A DNA stretch of 64,000 bases from an uncultured Eubacteriales bacterium (lineage in GTDB: Bacteria > Bacillota > Clostridia > Christensenellales > CAG-314), in the NCBI GenBank assembly GCA_900544545.1, contig UQVY01000001.1:26975-90974 (forward strand), read 5' to 3'. The notes under the pieces were generated by a model, which had not been told where the DNA came from, ran no database searches, and saw only the letters and a program-made list of their open reading frames with translations. Of this stretch, positions 55,845 to 64,000 are shown in pieces. Each line of letters starts with the position of its first letter. Position 1 is the first letter of the stretch. Position numbers and translations under genes: made by a program.

Positions 55845-57074
55845 ATGGTTCAACAACAATGTTCTTTCTGCGGAAAGAAAAAATCTCAGGTCAGAAGTCT
55901 TATAGCCGGTCCGGATAACGTATTCATCTGCAACGAATGCGTGGACGTCTGCTATTCGCTTATGAACGAAAGCAACCACAGAGAAGATGCGGAGCTTGAC
56001 TTCGTCCTTCCCACGCCCAGTCAGATAAGACAGCAGCTTGACGATTACGTCATAGGTCAGGACAGAGCGAAGAAGATTCTTTCGGTAGCCGTATACAATC
56101 ACTATAAAAGGGTTTATTCCAGAGGCAGCGTTAAAAAGAGCGATGACGACGGCGTCGAACTCGACAAGAGCAATGTTTTGCTTCTCGGACCGACGGGATC
56201 GGGCAAAACTCTTCTTGCAAAGACTCTTGCGAAAATCCTTGACGTTCCTTTTGCCGTCGCCGACGCTACTACGATAACCGAAGCCGGTTACGTCGGAGAG
56301 GACGTGGAAAATATCCTTCTCAAGCTCATTCAGAATGCCGATTACGATATAGAAAGGGCGCAGAGAGGTATTATTTATATCGACGAAATCGATAAGATCG
56401 CAAAAAAGGGCGAGAACGTTTCCATAACCCGCGACGTTTCGGGCGAAGGCGTACAGCAGGCTCTTCTGAAAATTATCGAAAGCACGATTGCGAACGTTCC
56501 TCCTCAGGGCGGAAGAAAGCATCCTCAGCAGGAGTGTATCACCATCGATACGAGTAATATTCTTTTCATCTGCGGAGGAGCCTTCGTAGGACTGGATAAA
56601 ATCGTTCAGCACAGAGTAAATAAATCCTCTATGGGCTTCAGAGTTACGAGCGACGAAGTTAAGAAGGCGGAAAATATCCTCGATATGGTTCAGCCTCAGG
56701 ATTTCATCAAATACGGACTTATTCCCGAATTCGTAGGAAGACTCCCGATTTCGGTAGCTTTGACGGAACTGGACGAGGACGCGCTCGTAAAAATCCTTAC
56801 CGAGCCTAAGAACGCGCTTGTCAAGCAGTTTACCAAGCTTATGGGAATGGACGGAATCAAAATGGAATTCAATCCGGACGCGGTCAGAGCGATTGCGGCG
56901 GAAGCCATAAAGCTCAAAACGGGCGCGAGAGGACTGAGAGCCATTATGGAGAATATGATGCTCGGATTTATGTACGACAGTCCCGACGACAAGACCATAG
57001 AAAAAGTAATCATAACCAAGGAATGCGTGGAAGGGGCGGAAAGCCCGAGGATAGTCCGCAGGGAAGTTGCCTGA
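55845..57074 (+). CDS. clpX: ATP-dependent Clp protease ATP-binding subunit ClpX
   Basis: Zinc finger [28 protein letters not shown] and Walker [24 protein letters not shown]. Confidence 0.9.
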   Translation: MVQQQCSFCGKKKSQVRSLIAGPDNVFICNECVDVCYSLMNESNHREDAELDFVLPTPSQIRQQLDDYVIGQDRAKKILSVAVYNHYKRVYSRGSVKKSDDDGVELDKSNVLLLGPTGSGKTLLAKTLAKILDVPFAVADATTITEAGYVGEDVENILLKLIQNADYDIERAQRGIIYIDEIDKIAKKGENVSITRDVSGEGVQQALLKIIESTIANVPPQGGRKHPQQECITIDTSNILFICGGAFVGLDKIVQHRVNKSSMGFRVTSDEVKKAENILDMVQPQDFIKYGLIPEFVGRLPISVALTELDEDALVKILTEPKNALVKQFTKLMGMDGIKMEFNPDAVRAIAAEAIKLKTGARGLRAIMENMMLGFMYDSPDDKTIEKVIITKECVEGAESPRIVRREVA

Positions 57075-57144
57075 GGGAATGTCCGATTTAAGCAAGTCAA
57101 AGGCAGAAGCGGCGGATAATCCCGTCGCTTCGGGGAGAATATAA

Positions 57145-59442
57145 ATGGAAGAAAAGCTTTTACCGGTAATAGCATTAAGAGGAGTAGTCGTTTTTCCCGA
57201 CTGTACCGCGTCCATCGATATAGGCAGGGAAAAGACTCTCTGCGCGGTCGATACGGCGTTCAAGGGCAACGGAGAGATTCTTTGTCTTACGCAGAAGGAT
57301 ATAAACGTTTCCGATCCGGGTGAAGACGACGTCTATCGGGTAGGAACGGTCGCGAAAGTTCGGCAGGTGCTTAAGCTTCCCAACAATAATATGAGGGTGC
57401 TTATCGCGGGAATGTACAGAGCTTCGGCTCAGGATCTGGATTTCGACGGAAAATTCATTACCGCGAAGACCGTTCCGCTTCAGGAAACCAATACCGACAC
57501 CATTCGCGCCGAGGCGGTTTTCAGACAGTGCCGCGAAAAGCTTTCCGAGCTTTCCGGAAACAAGAAGATTTCGCGCGAGCTTTTCCTCGAACTCAATAAT
57601 ACCTATAATTACAACTCTTTCGTCAATCTTCTGGCTAACGTTCTCGTATATCAGGACGACAAGAAGCAGCAGCTCGTCGAAGAACCGGATACGGAGATAC
57701 GTCTCGAAGAAATAGACAAGGCTATAAGTACCGAAATCGAAATCGCGAAGATGGACAAGCGTATAGCGAGCCGCGTCAAAACTCAGATCGATCAGGGACA
57801 GAAAGAATATTATCTTAAAGAGCAGATGCGCGCGATAGGCGCGGAGCTGGGCGACGACAACGAAGCGGGAGAGCTTGAAAAGAAAATCAAAGACGCTCGT
57901 ATGCCCGAAGAAGTCGAGCAGAAAGCCCTTAAAGAGCTGGGAAGAATGGCTAAAATGGCTCCGTCCTCCCCCGACGCTTCGGTAATCAGAACGTATATCG
58001 ACTGGCTTACCGACCTTAAATGGAATTACGCCACCGAAGATAACAAAGACCTCAAGAGAGCAAAGGAGATTCTCGACGAGGATCATTTCGGACTGGAAAA
58101 AATCAAGGAGAGGATTCTCGAATATCTTGCGGTTATGCACCTGACGGGCGGAATGAAGAGTCCGATTCTTTGTTTCGTAGGACCTCCGGGAGTAGGAAAA
58201 ACGAGTATCGTCAAATCCATCGCGAGAGCTTTGGGAAGAAAATACGTTAGAATGAGTCTCGGCGGAGTGCGCGACGAAGCCGAAATACGTGGACACAGAA
58301 GGACTTATATCGGCGCGATGCCCGGAAAGATAATCTATATGCTCAAACAGGCTCAATGCGTAAATCCCGTTATTCTTTTCGACGAGCTTGACAAGATGAG
58401 CAGCGATTACAGAGGCGATCCCGCGAGCGCGATGCTCGAAGTCCTCGATCCGGAACAGAATTTCTCCTTCGTTGACCATTATCTCGAAGTTCCGTTCGAT
58501 TTATCCAAGGTTATGTTCGTTGCGACGGCAAATACGGTCGAATCCATTCCGCCCGCTCTTTTGGACAGAATGGAGATCATAGAGCTTACCGGTTACACGG
58601 AAGAGGAAAAGATAAGCATAGCCAAAAACTTCCTTATTCCGAAAACCAAAAAGAATCACGGACTCGACAATTCGGATTTCGCTCTTTCGGACGATACGGT
58701 CAGAAAGGTGATAGAATGCTATACGAGGGAATCCGGCGTGCGTACTCTCGAAAGAGAGATAGCGGCAATCGCAAGGAAGGTCGCCCTCAAAGTCCTTAAC
58801 GGCGAGATTCGTGAGGAAATTACTCCCGCAAATCTTTCGGATTATCTGGGCGTCGAAAAATACAGAAACGATCAGCCCGAACTCGTCGATGAAGTAGGCT
58901 CGGCTACCGGTCTTGCCTGGACGGCTGTCGGCGGAGTAACGCTTACGATCGACGTCGCTTTATTCAAGGGCAAGGGAGAAATTCTTCTTACGGGCAAGCT
59001 CGGCGACGTTATGAAAGAATCCGCCCGCACCGCGATAAGTCTGGTCAAGAGTCTTGCTCAGGAATACGGAGTGGATCCCAAAGTTTTCGGCGAAACGGAT
59101 ATTCATCTGCACATTCCCGAAGGAGCGATTCCCAAGGACGGTCCGAGCGCGGGTATAACTATGGCGACGGCGTTGATGTCGGCGTTTTCGGGTTTCCCCG
59201 TGAGCCGTAAAGTCGCTATGACCGGAGAAGTTACGCTGAGAGGAAAGGTTCTGCCCATAGGCGGACTCAAAGAAAAAACTCTTGCCGCTTTCAGAGCGGG
59301 CATAAGAAAAGTCATTATTCCCAAGGACAATTACAAAGACGCGGCGGAGATTCCCGAAGAGGTCCGCAGTCAGCTCGAACTCGTTTTCGTAAGCGAGATA
59401 AAACAGGTATTCGACGCGGCTCTCGTTAAAAACAAAAAGTAG
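57145..59442 (+). CDS. lon: Lon protease (LonA)
   Basis: N-terminal [16 protein letters not shown]+ GPPGVGKTS and protease-domain [15 protein letters not shown] (catalytic Ser). Confidence 0.9.
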   Translation: MEEKLLPVIALRGVVVFPDCTASIDIGREKTLCAVDTAFKGNGEILCLTQKDINVSDPGEDDVYRVGTVAKVRQVLKLPNNNMRVLIAGMYRASAQDLDFDGKFITAKTVPLQETNTDTIRAEAVFRQCREKLSELSGNKKISRELFLELNNTYNYNSFVNLLANVLVYQDDKKQQLVEEPDTEIRLEEIDKAISTEIEIAKMDKRIASRVKTQIDQGQKEYYLKEQMRAIGAELGDDNEAGELEKKIKDARMPEEVEQKALKELGRMAKMAPSSPDASVIRTYIDWLTDLKWNYATEDNKDLKRAKEILDEDHFGLEKIKERILEYLAVMHLTGGMKSPILCFVGPPGVGKTSIVKSIARALGRKYVRMSLGGVRDEAEIRGHRRTYIGAMPGKIIYMLKQAQCVNPVILFDELDKMSSDYRGDPASAMLEVLDPEQNFSFVDHYLEVPFDLSKVMFVATANTVESIPPALLDRMEIIELTGYTEEEKISIAKNFLIPKTKKNHGLDNSDFALSDDTVRKVIECYTRESGVRTLEREIAAIARKVALKVLNGEIREEITPANLSDYLGVEKYRNDQPELVDEVGSATGLAWTAVGGVTLTIDVALFKGKGEILLTGKLGDVMKESARTAISLVKSLAQEYGVDPKVFGETDIHLHIPEGAIPKDGPSAGITMATALMSAFSGFPVSRKVAMTGEVTLRGKVLPIGGLKEKTLAAFRAGIRKVIIPKDNYKDAAEIPEEVRSQLELVFVSEIKQVFDAALVKNKK

Positions 59443-59469
59443 AGTATCCGACCGGAAAGGAGAATACTA

Positions 59470-60084
59470 ATGATAATTAAAAACGCTTCTTTCATTACCT
59501 CGGCTGCTTCGCCCAAGGATATGATAGTCAGCGATACGATGCAGATAGCCGTCGTAGGCAAATCCAACGTAGGAAAAAGCAGTTTTATCAATATGATGAC
59601 GAACGACGGAAAGCTTGCGCGCGTTTCGAAAGAGCCGGGACGGACGAGGCTTATCAATTACTTTCTGATTAACGGCGGAGACTTTATTTTGACCGACCTT
59701 CCGGGATACGGGTTCGCGAAGGTAGGCGACGACGAGAAAATCAGATGGGCGAAGCTTATCGACGGTTATCTCGATAACGAAGAGGCTCTTGCGCACGTAT
59801 TTTTTCTCGTGGACATAAGGCACGAGCCGACGACCGACGATCTGGTTATGTACGACTATCTGTTCAGAAAAGGTCTTCCGTTTACCGTCCTTGCGACAAA
59901 ATCCGACAAGCTTTCCAAGGTTAGAATCGCGGACAGCCGAAGAAAAATCGCCACGACCTTTAAACTCGGGATAGGCAACGTCATTCCTGTGAGCAGTCAG
60001 ACCCGCGCGGGGAAAGAAGACGTTCTCGAAACGATTCAGAGGGTTTTCGACGCATATCATACGCCCTTAACCGAAGAAGAATAA
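59470..60084 (+). CDS. engB: Ribosome biogenesis GTPase YsxC/EngB
   Basis: IAVVGKSNVGKSSFIN (G1), DLPGYG (G3) and TKSDK (G4). Confidence 0.9.
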   Translation: MIIKNASFITSAASPKDMIVSDTMQIAVVGKSNVGKSSFINMMTNDGKLARVSKEPGRTRLINYFLINGGDFILTDLPGYGFAKVGDDEKIRWAKLIDGYLDNEEALAHVFFLVDIRHEPTTDDLVMYDYLFRKGLPFTVLATKSDKLSKVRIADSRRKIATTFKLGIGNVIPVSSQTRAGKEDVLETIQRVFDAYHTPLTEEE

Positions 60085-60090
60085 ATACAG

Positions 60091-60115
60091 GCCCCGCTAA
60101 ACGGGGCTTTTCTTT
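60091..60115 (+). terminator. Rho-independent terminator after engB (overlaps the dnaI stop codon on the opposite strand)
   Basis: GCCCCG-ctaaa-CGGGGC followed by TTTTCTTT. Confidence 0.7.
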
Positions 60116-60984
60116 GTTCTGTGGCGAAGGTCTGCGCCTTTAAGTTCGACCGCGAGGGTGTTTTCCGCGTTCGTAAGCCGCGAAAAAGTGCGCGCGGTAT
60201 ACCTTGCGATAAGGTCGGCATTTGTGAGATTTGTCGTCGCGACCGTATGTTTGAGAGCGCAGGCTCGTTTGTCGAAAAGATTGAAAAACGATTCTACGGT
60301 AACGTTCTGATGTATAGGTTCGGTTCCGAGGTCGTCGATTATGAGATAATCCGCGCGCGTGAGGGCGTTCCAGGTTTTTTCGCCCGAAAAAGGGTCGGAA
60401 AGATGAATTTTCAGGAACTCTCTTTCGAGGTCGAATGCGGAAAAGAATAAAACCGAGCCGATTTCGTTTTGAAGAAGTCGGTTTTTTATCGCGTTGAGCG
60501 CGTAAGTCTTGCCCGTACCCGCCGCTCCGTAAACGAAAAGATTGAGCTTGCATTCTTCGGAATTGTCCGCGTATTTCCGGCAGTAATCCATAAATTTCGA
60601 ATTAATCGAAGGTTCTGCGTTTTCAAAAGTCATTTCGTCCCCGCGCGAACGCTCGGTTTCTCCCATAAGCTCGGTCAGACATTTGCAGGGAAGCCCTTCG
60701 TAAAACCCCGTATCGCCGCATTTTTTGCAGAAATAACGCGGCTTTAAGTCCTCTTCCGAAAATCCGAGGGAGGCAAGAAATTCCGAAAGTTCTTTCTCTG
60801 CCACGATTTTCTTTTGCCGTGCGGAAAAATCTCCCTTTATCTCGTCTATCGTGAGCTTATGTATTAAAGCCGTAAGTTTGCCGAAACGTTCAAAGCCGCT
60901 TAAATGAAGATTGATTTCGTAAGCGCGTTCTTCGGCTGCGTATTTTCTGTTTTTAATGATTCTGAGTGCGGAATTTTTATCCAT
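60097..60984 (-). CDS. dnaI: Helicase loader DnaI (DnaC-like AAA+ ATPase with N-terminal zinc-binding module)
   Basis: CKKCGDTGF...PCKC zinc module and Walker A LFVYGAAGTGKTYAL, with IIDDLGTE. It lies downstream of a Firmicutes-type dnaB. Confidence 0.8.
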   Translation of the reverse strand: MDKNSALRIIKNRKYAAEERAYEINLHLSGFERFGKLTALIHKLTIDEIKGDFSARQKKIVAEKELSEFLASLGFSEEDLKPRYFCKKCGDTGFYEGLPCKCLTELMGETERSRGDEMTFENAEPSINSKFMDYCRKYADNSEECKLNLFVYGAAGTGKTYALNAIKNRLLQNEIGSVLFFSAFDLEREFLKIHLSDPFSGEKTWNALTRADYLIIDDLGTEPIHQNVTVESFFNLFDKRACALKHTVATTNLTNADLIARYTARTFSRLTNAENTLAVELKGADLRHRTKKSPV

Positions 60985-61115
60985 AATCCACCTTTTACGA
61001 GCGTTTTTGAATCTTTAGTCGTAATTACAAGTATTTTTGCCGTGCGTTTTTTAGTTTTCGGGTAAATTCACCCGATAGATTCCCTCGTTTTTTGCGAAGA
61101 ATTTTTATTCTTGCG

Positions 61116-62531
61116 TCAGTCGAAAACCGTGAAAACGGCGTCGAGTTCTTCCTTCGAGTAATCTCGGGTTTCTTCGGGGCGTTTGGGTTTTGTCGGGGAG
61201 ACCTGTTTGTTTTCGGAGGTCTTTGCTCCCTCGAGAGTCGTGATTCCCTTCGCGTGGAGAGAAAGAAGGGTTTTGTTGAGATAAGCGATGGGATTATATG
61301 CCGAGCCGGAGAGTCCCGCTTCGTAAAGAATTAGGTCGAGCGGAAGTCCGAGCGACGTCCATTGATTGAAACACTGGCGGTCGAATCTCGTAATTCTCCT
61401 TTCAAGCCCCATTGCGTCGAGTACGGAGCGGATTTCGTCGTCGTGAGCTATCGTCTCTTCTATGTAAGCGTTTATTGCGTCGGTCGAAGTAAGTCCGAGC
61501 TTATAGAAGCGTTTTACGGAATTATCGAGGTCGGCGAGCGTTCTGAGGCTGCAGGTCGCGCAGTATTTTGCGATAAGCAGGAGAGTATCTCCGTCGAACC
61601 CCATTTTGAACCAATTAAGGAGATAATCGTCTACGATAAACTGCTGATTCGGATAATAAAGTCCGATTTTTGAAACTATCTTTCTCGCAAGCTCGTAATT
61701 CGCGGCTTTTCCGTTTTCGTAATCCTCTATTTCCTTTATTGAAAGCAGTCCGTTCCGGTAATATTCCGAAAGTTTTCTGTCGAGCATATTCATTCCGCCT
61801 TTTACGGAGTTTTTCGCGACGCTGCCGATTATATCGTCCGAAAATCCGAAGTCGCTTCTCCATTTTTCGTAAAGCTCTATATCCGAGTAATCTGGATTTC
61901 TTCTTATTTTGAGAATAGAAAGCGTAGATTTCAGGTCGCCTATGAAGGGCAGAGGTTTATTGAGGCGGTTATTGACTTCGCTTTCGGTGCGTATGCCCTG
62001 CTTATTGAGGTTTCTCGCGACCGCGAGAATATAGGAATAGGCCACGTCCGTACCCTTGACCGAAACGCAGTATTTCACGACGGCTACGAAAGCTTCCGGT
62101 TCGAAGAAGTTCTCTTCGAGGAAAAGGTAATATTCTCCGTATTCGGTGGGAGTTATCATTCTGTCGGTCAGGAGAGACTGAACCTGTTTATTGAAGGTCT
62201 TATACTTCCCGGGCTTGATTTTTTTATAAAGTTCGTTCGTCCTCACCGGACAGTAAACCACGCTGAAATCGGGCTGCTCGTAAACCATACAAAGCCCCAT
62301 TTCCTCCCAGTAATAATAAGCCGCTTTGATTTCGTCCTCTGAAAGTCCGAGAGCGGCTTTCATCGTATCGAGGGTATTGACGTTGTCGCCCGTGCGCGAG
62401 AGATACAACCCGAAAACGTAAACCGTTACGAAGGCGGAATTTGCGCCGGGAATGAATTTACTTATAAAACGGTTGTCGATAAGCGTATACTGAGAATCGA
62501 CAAGCGAAGAGTCGTTTCTTATGAAAGGCAT
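61116..62531 (-). CDS. dnaB: Replication initiation / membrane attachment protein DnaB (Firmicutes DnaB, DnaD-like domains)
   Basis: 471 aa, the size of B. subtilis DnaB. N-terminal winged-helix-like region with C-terminal DnaD-like repeats. Operon with dnaI. Confidence 0.65.
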   Translation of the reverse strand: MPFIRNDSSLVDSQYTLIDNRFISKFIPGANSAFVTVYVFGLYLSRTGDNVNTLDTMKAALGLSEDEIKAAYYYWEEMGLCMVYEQPDFSVVYCPVRTNELYKKIKPGKYKTFNKQVQSLLTDRMITPTEYGEYYLFLEENFFEPEAFVAVVKYCVSVKGTDVAYSYILAVARNLNKQGIRTESEVNNRLNKPLPFIGDLKSTLSILKIRRNPDYSDIELYEKWRSDFGFSDDIIGSVAKNSVKGGMNMLDRKLSEYYRNGLLSIKEIEDYENGKAANYELARKIVSKIGLYYPNQQFIVDDYLLNWFKMGFDGDTLLLIAKYCATCSLRTLADLDNSVKRFYKLGLTSTDAINAYIEETIAHDDEIRSVLDAMGLERRITRFDRQCFNQWTSLGLPLDLILYEAGLSGSAYNPIAYLNKTLLSLHAKGITTLEGAKTSENKQVSPTKPKRPEETRDYSKEELDAVFTVFD

Positions 62532-62744
62532 AGTTTCTCCGTGAAGAAAGTCGTTTTTTCGAAAAAAACGGCGTTTCTTTGTCGTAATTAAGTCGTTAAT
62601 GATATTTAATTTACCTAAAAGACTTGCATTTTTATACGGAATTTGTTATAATCGAACCGTATACAATGAAATCGTATATATTTTACCACAAATCGACTTA
62701 AATTTAAAGCGTTTTAACAATAAAATACGCACGGGAGGTTTGAA

Positions 62745-64000
62745 ATGAGAGTTCTTAAGGTTGTTGCCGGAACGTCGACCGGATCGACGGTGTTCGAGCT
62801 GGGAAGAAAGGCTAAGAGCTACGACTGGGATAAGGCGGAGCTTCTGACCGATTGTCTTTCGCAGGTCTTTTTCGGAACGGGTTCTTTTTGGTCGGGGAAT
62901 ATCGAAGTATATTTCGAGCTTAAAGGTAAGCTTTTCTGCGCCGGAAAGCGTATGCAGGCAGGAAAGTCCGAAAACTACCTTGCGGGCGAAGATGACGGAA
63001 ACCTGACCGTGTATGCGGAGGATTACGAAGGGGTTCTGAAATATCTCGGCGATTTCGTCGGGGGAGATTTTCTTCGTTATCTTCAGACGGTTTTCGTTAC
63101 CGCGAAGGATGTCGGCGATTTCGTTTCGGATAACGGCAGGGCAATTCTCGGCGATCTCGTTTACGCCGCAAAAGAAGCCGAAAGCGACTTTGACGAAAAG
63201 AAATTCCGCGAGCTTGAGGAAGAAAGAGCAAGACTCGAGGATATTGCGGACGCAAGCAGACTTTTTGCGAGAAGCGCGGCTCTTAAGGGCGTGTTGGACG
63301 AGAAAAAGAAGAAAGCCGAAGAGCTTTCTGCGTTGAGAGAAGAACTCGGAGCGAAAAAAGAGATTGCCGCGGAGAAGTCGGAATTCGACGAAGCGCGCGC
63401 CCGTCACGAGCAGAACAGAGCTTCGGCTGAAAAAGCGAAAGACGTGATTGCCTTCCGCGAGGACGCCGTGAAGCTTAAAGAGATTCTTTCCCGGAAAGAA
63501 AAGTCGATTGAAGAGTCGAAGGAGCTGGACGCCCGTCGCGAAGACGCGGAGAAGCAGGACGAAGCCGCGAAGGAAGCCGTCGCTTATTCCGAGACTCTCA
63601 GAAAATATACTGAATATAAATCCAAAGCCGACGAGCTTGACGGAAAGGTTTCGGAAGCCGAAAAAAGAGTCGAAAAATCCAAGGCCGACGCTGATTCCTT
63701 GGAAAAAGCGAAAAAAGCGGCCGAAGAATCTTACGCAAAAGATTCCGAGAAGAGAAAAAAGGAGTTTTCCGAAGCCCGGAAAAACGAAGAAAAGAAATAT
63801 AACGATACTGCCGTAGCCGCAAAGAAAGCTATCGCTACGGAAAACGACACGGCCAAAGCCGAAAAGACGAGGCTTGCCGAAGTCGAAAAGAAGCTTCCCG
63901 AAGCTGAAAATCGCGCCAGGGAGGCGAAATCCCGTATCGACGAGTTGGAAAAAACGGGGTATACTCAGGAAAGTTACGATAAATTCGTGTCCGACGAATC
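62745..64000 (+). CDS. Large coiled-coil protein, 3'-truncated by window end (at least 418 aa)
   Basis: GGGAGG RBS. A globular N-terminal ~120 aa (MRVLKVVAGTSTGSTVFELG...) is followed by a continuous E/K/A-rich heptad-like region. No P-loop is visible in the available part, and the frame is open to the window end. Confidence 0.55.
   Translation, partial: MRVLKVVAGTSTGSTVFELGRKAKSYDWDKAELLTDCLSQVFFGTGSFWSGNIEVYFELKGKLFCAGKRMQAGKSENYLAGEDDGNLTVYAEDYEGVLKYLGDFVGGDFLRYLQTVFVTAKDVGDFVSDNGRAILGDLVYAAKEAESDFDEKKFRELEEERARLEDIADASRLFARSAALKGVLDEKKKKAEELSALREELGAKKEIAAEKSEFDEARARHEQNRASAEKAKDVIAFREDAVKLKEILSRKEKSIEESKELDARREDAEKQDEAAKEAVAYSETLRKYTEYKSKADELDGKVSEAEKRVEKSKADADSLEKAKKAAEESYAKDSEKRKKEFSEARKNEEKKYNDTAVAAKKAIATENDTAKAEKTRLAEVEKKLPEAENRAREAKSRIDELEKTGYTQESYDKFVSDE

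Noticed and set aside
53818-57269. Long minus-strand ORFs (408 aa at 53818-55044; 484 aa at 55815-57269)
   Set aside because: They are antisense to trigger factor and clpX respectively. The plus-strand genes have canonical motifs and RBSs.
62646-63407. 253-aa minus-strand ORF
   Set aside because: It is antisense to the plus-strand coiled-coil gene, which has a strong GGGAGG RBS and a coherent coiled-coil translation open to the window end. The minus-strand translation is low-complexity.

Overview
This 64 kb window appears to be chromosomal DNA from a Firmicutes/Clostridia-type organism (moderately GC-rich). It carries housekeeping operons: mrnC-rlmB-sigH, dnaX-ybaB-recR, nrdR, ppdK, tig-clpP-clpX-lon-engB and dnaB-dnaI. 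The main accessory feature is a ~12.4 kb integrative element (about 494..12876) inserted at a tRNA-Arg(ACG) gene. An intact tRNA-Arg lies next to a Tn916-type xis/int pair, a diverged copy of the tRNA 3' half marks the far end, and TTATTAGAAC arm-type repeats cluster at both ends. The element has no conjugation genes. Its cargo is three secreted or surface proteins: a 1624-aa membrane-anchored zinc metallopeptidase (HELGH...GDEY motif, possibly M64 IgA-protease-like) with about 10 tandem Listeria-Bacteroides (Flg_new) repeats encoded by near-identical 213-bp DNA units; a rhodanese-domain lipoprotein; and a Cys-repeat/LRR lipoprotein. Other second-look items: orphan tRNA-Arg halves flanking the element; a consensus sigma-70 promoter driving a ~330-nt non-coding transcript downstream of tsaD; an alpha-oxoamine synthase + SDR operon (Kbl-like or sphingolipid-like); a signal peptidase I with a long acidic N-terminal extension, tightly coupled to two uncharacterized proteins; a short degenerate ABC-ATPase coupled to an S41 peptidase; and a partial gene for a large coiled-coil protein at the window end. 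Many long antisense ORFs in the track are shadow ORFs of real genes and were rejected.
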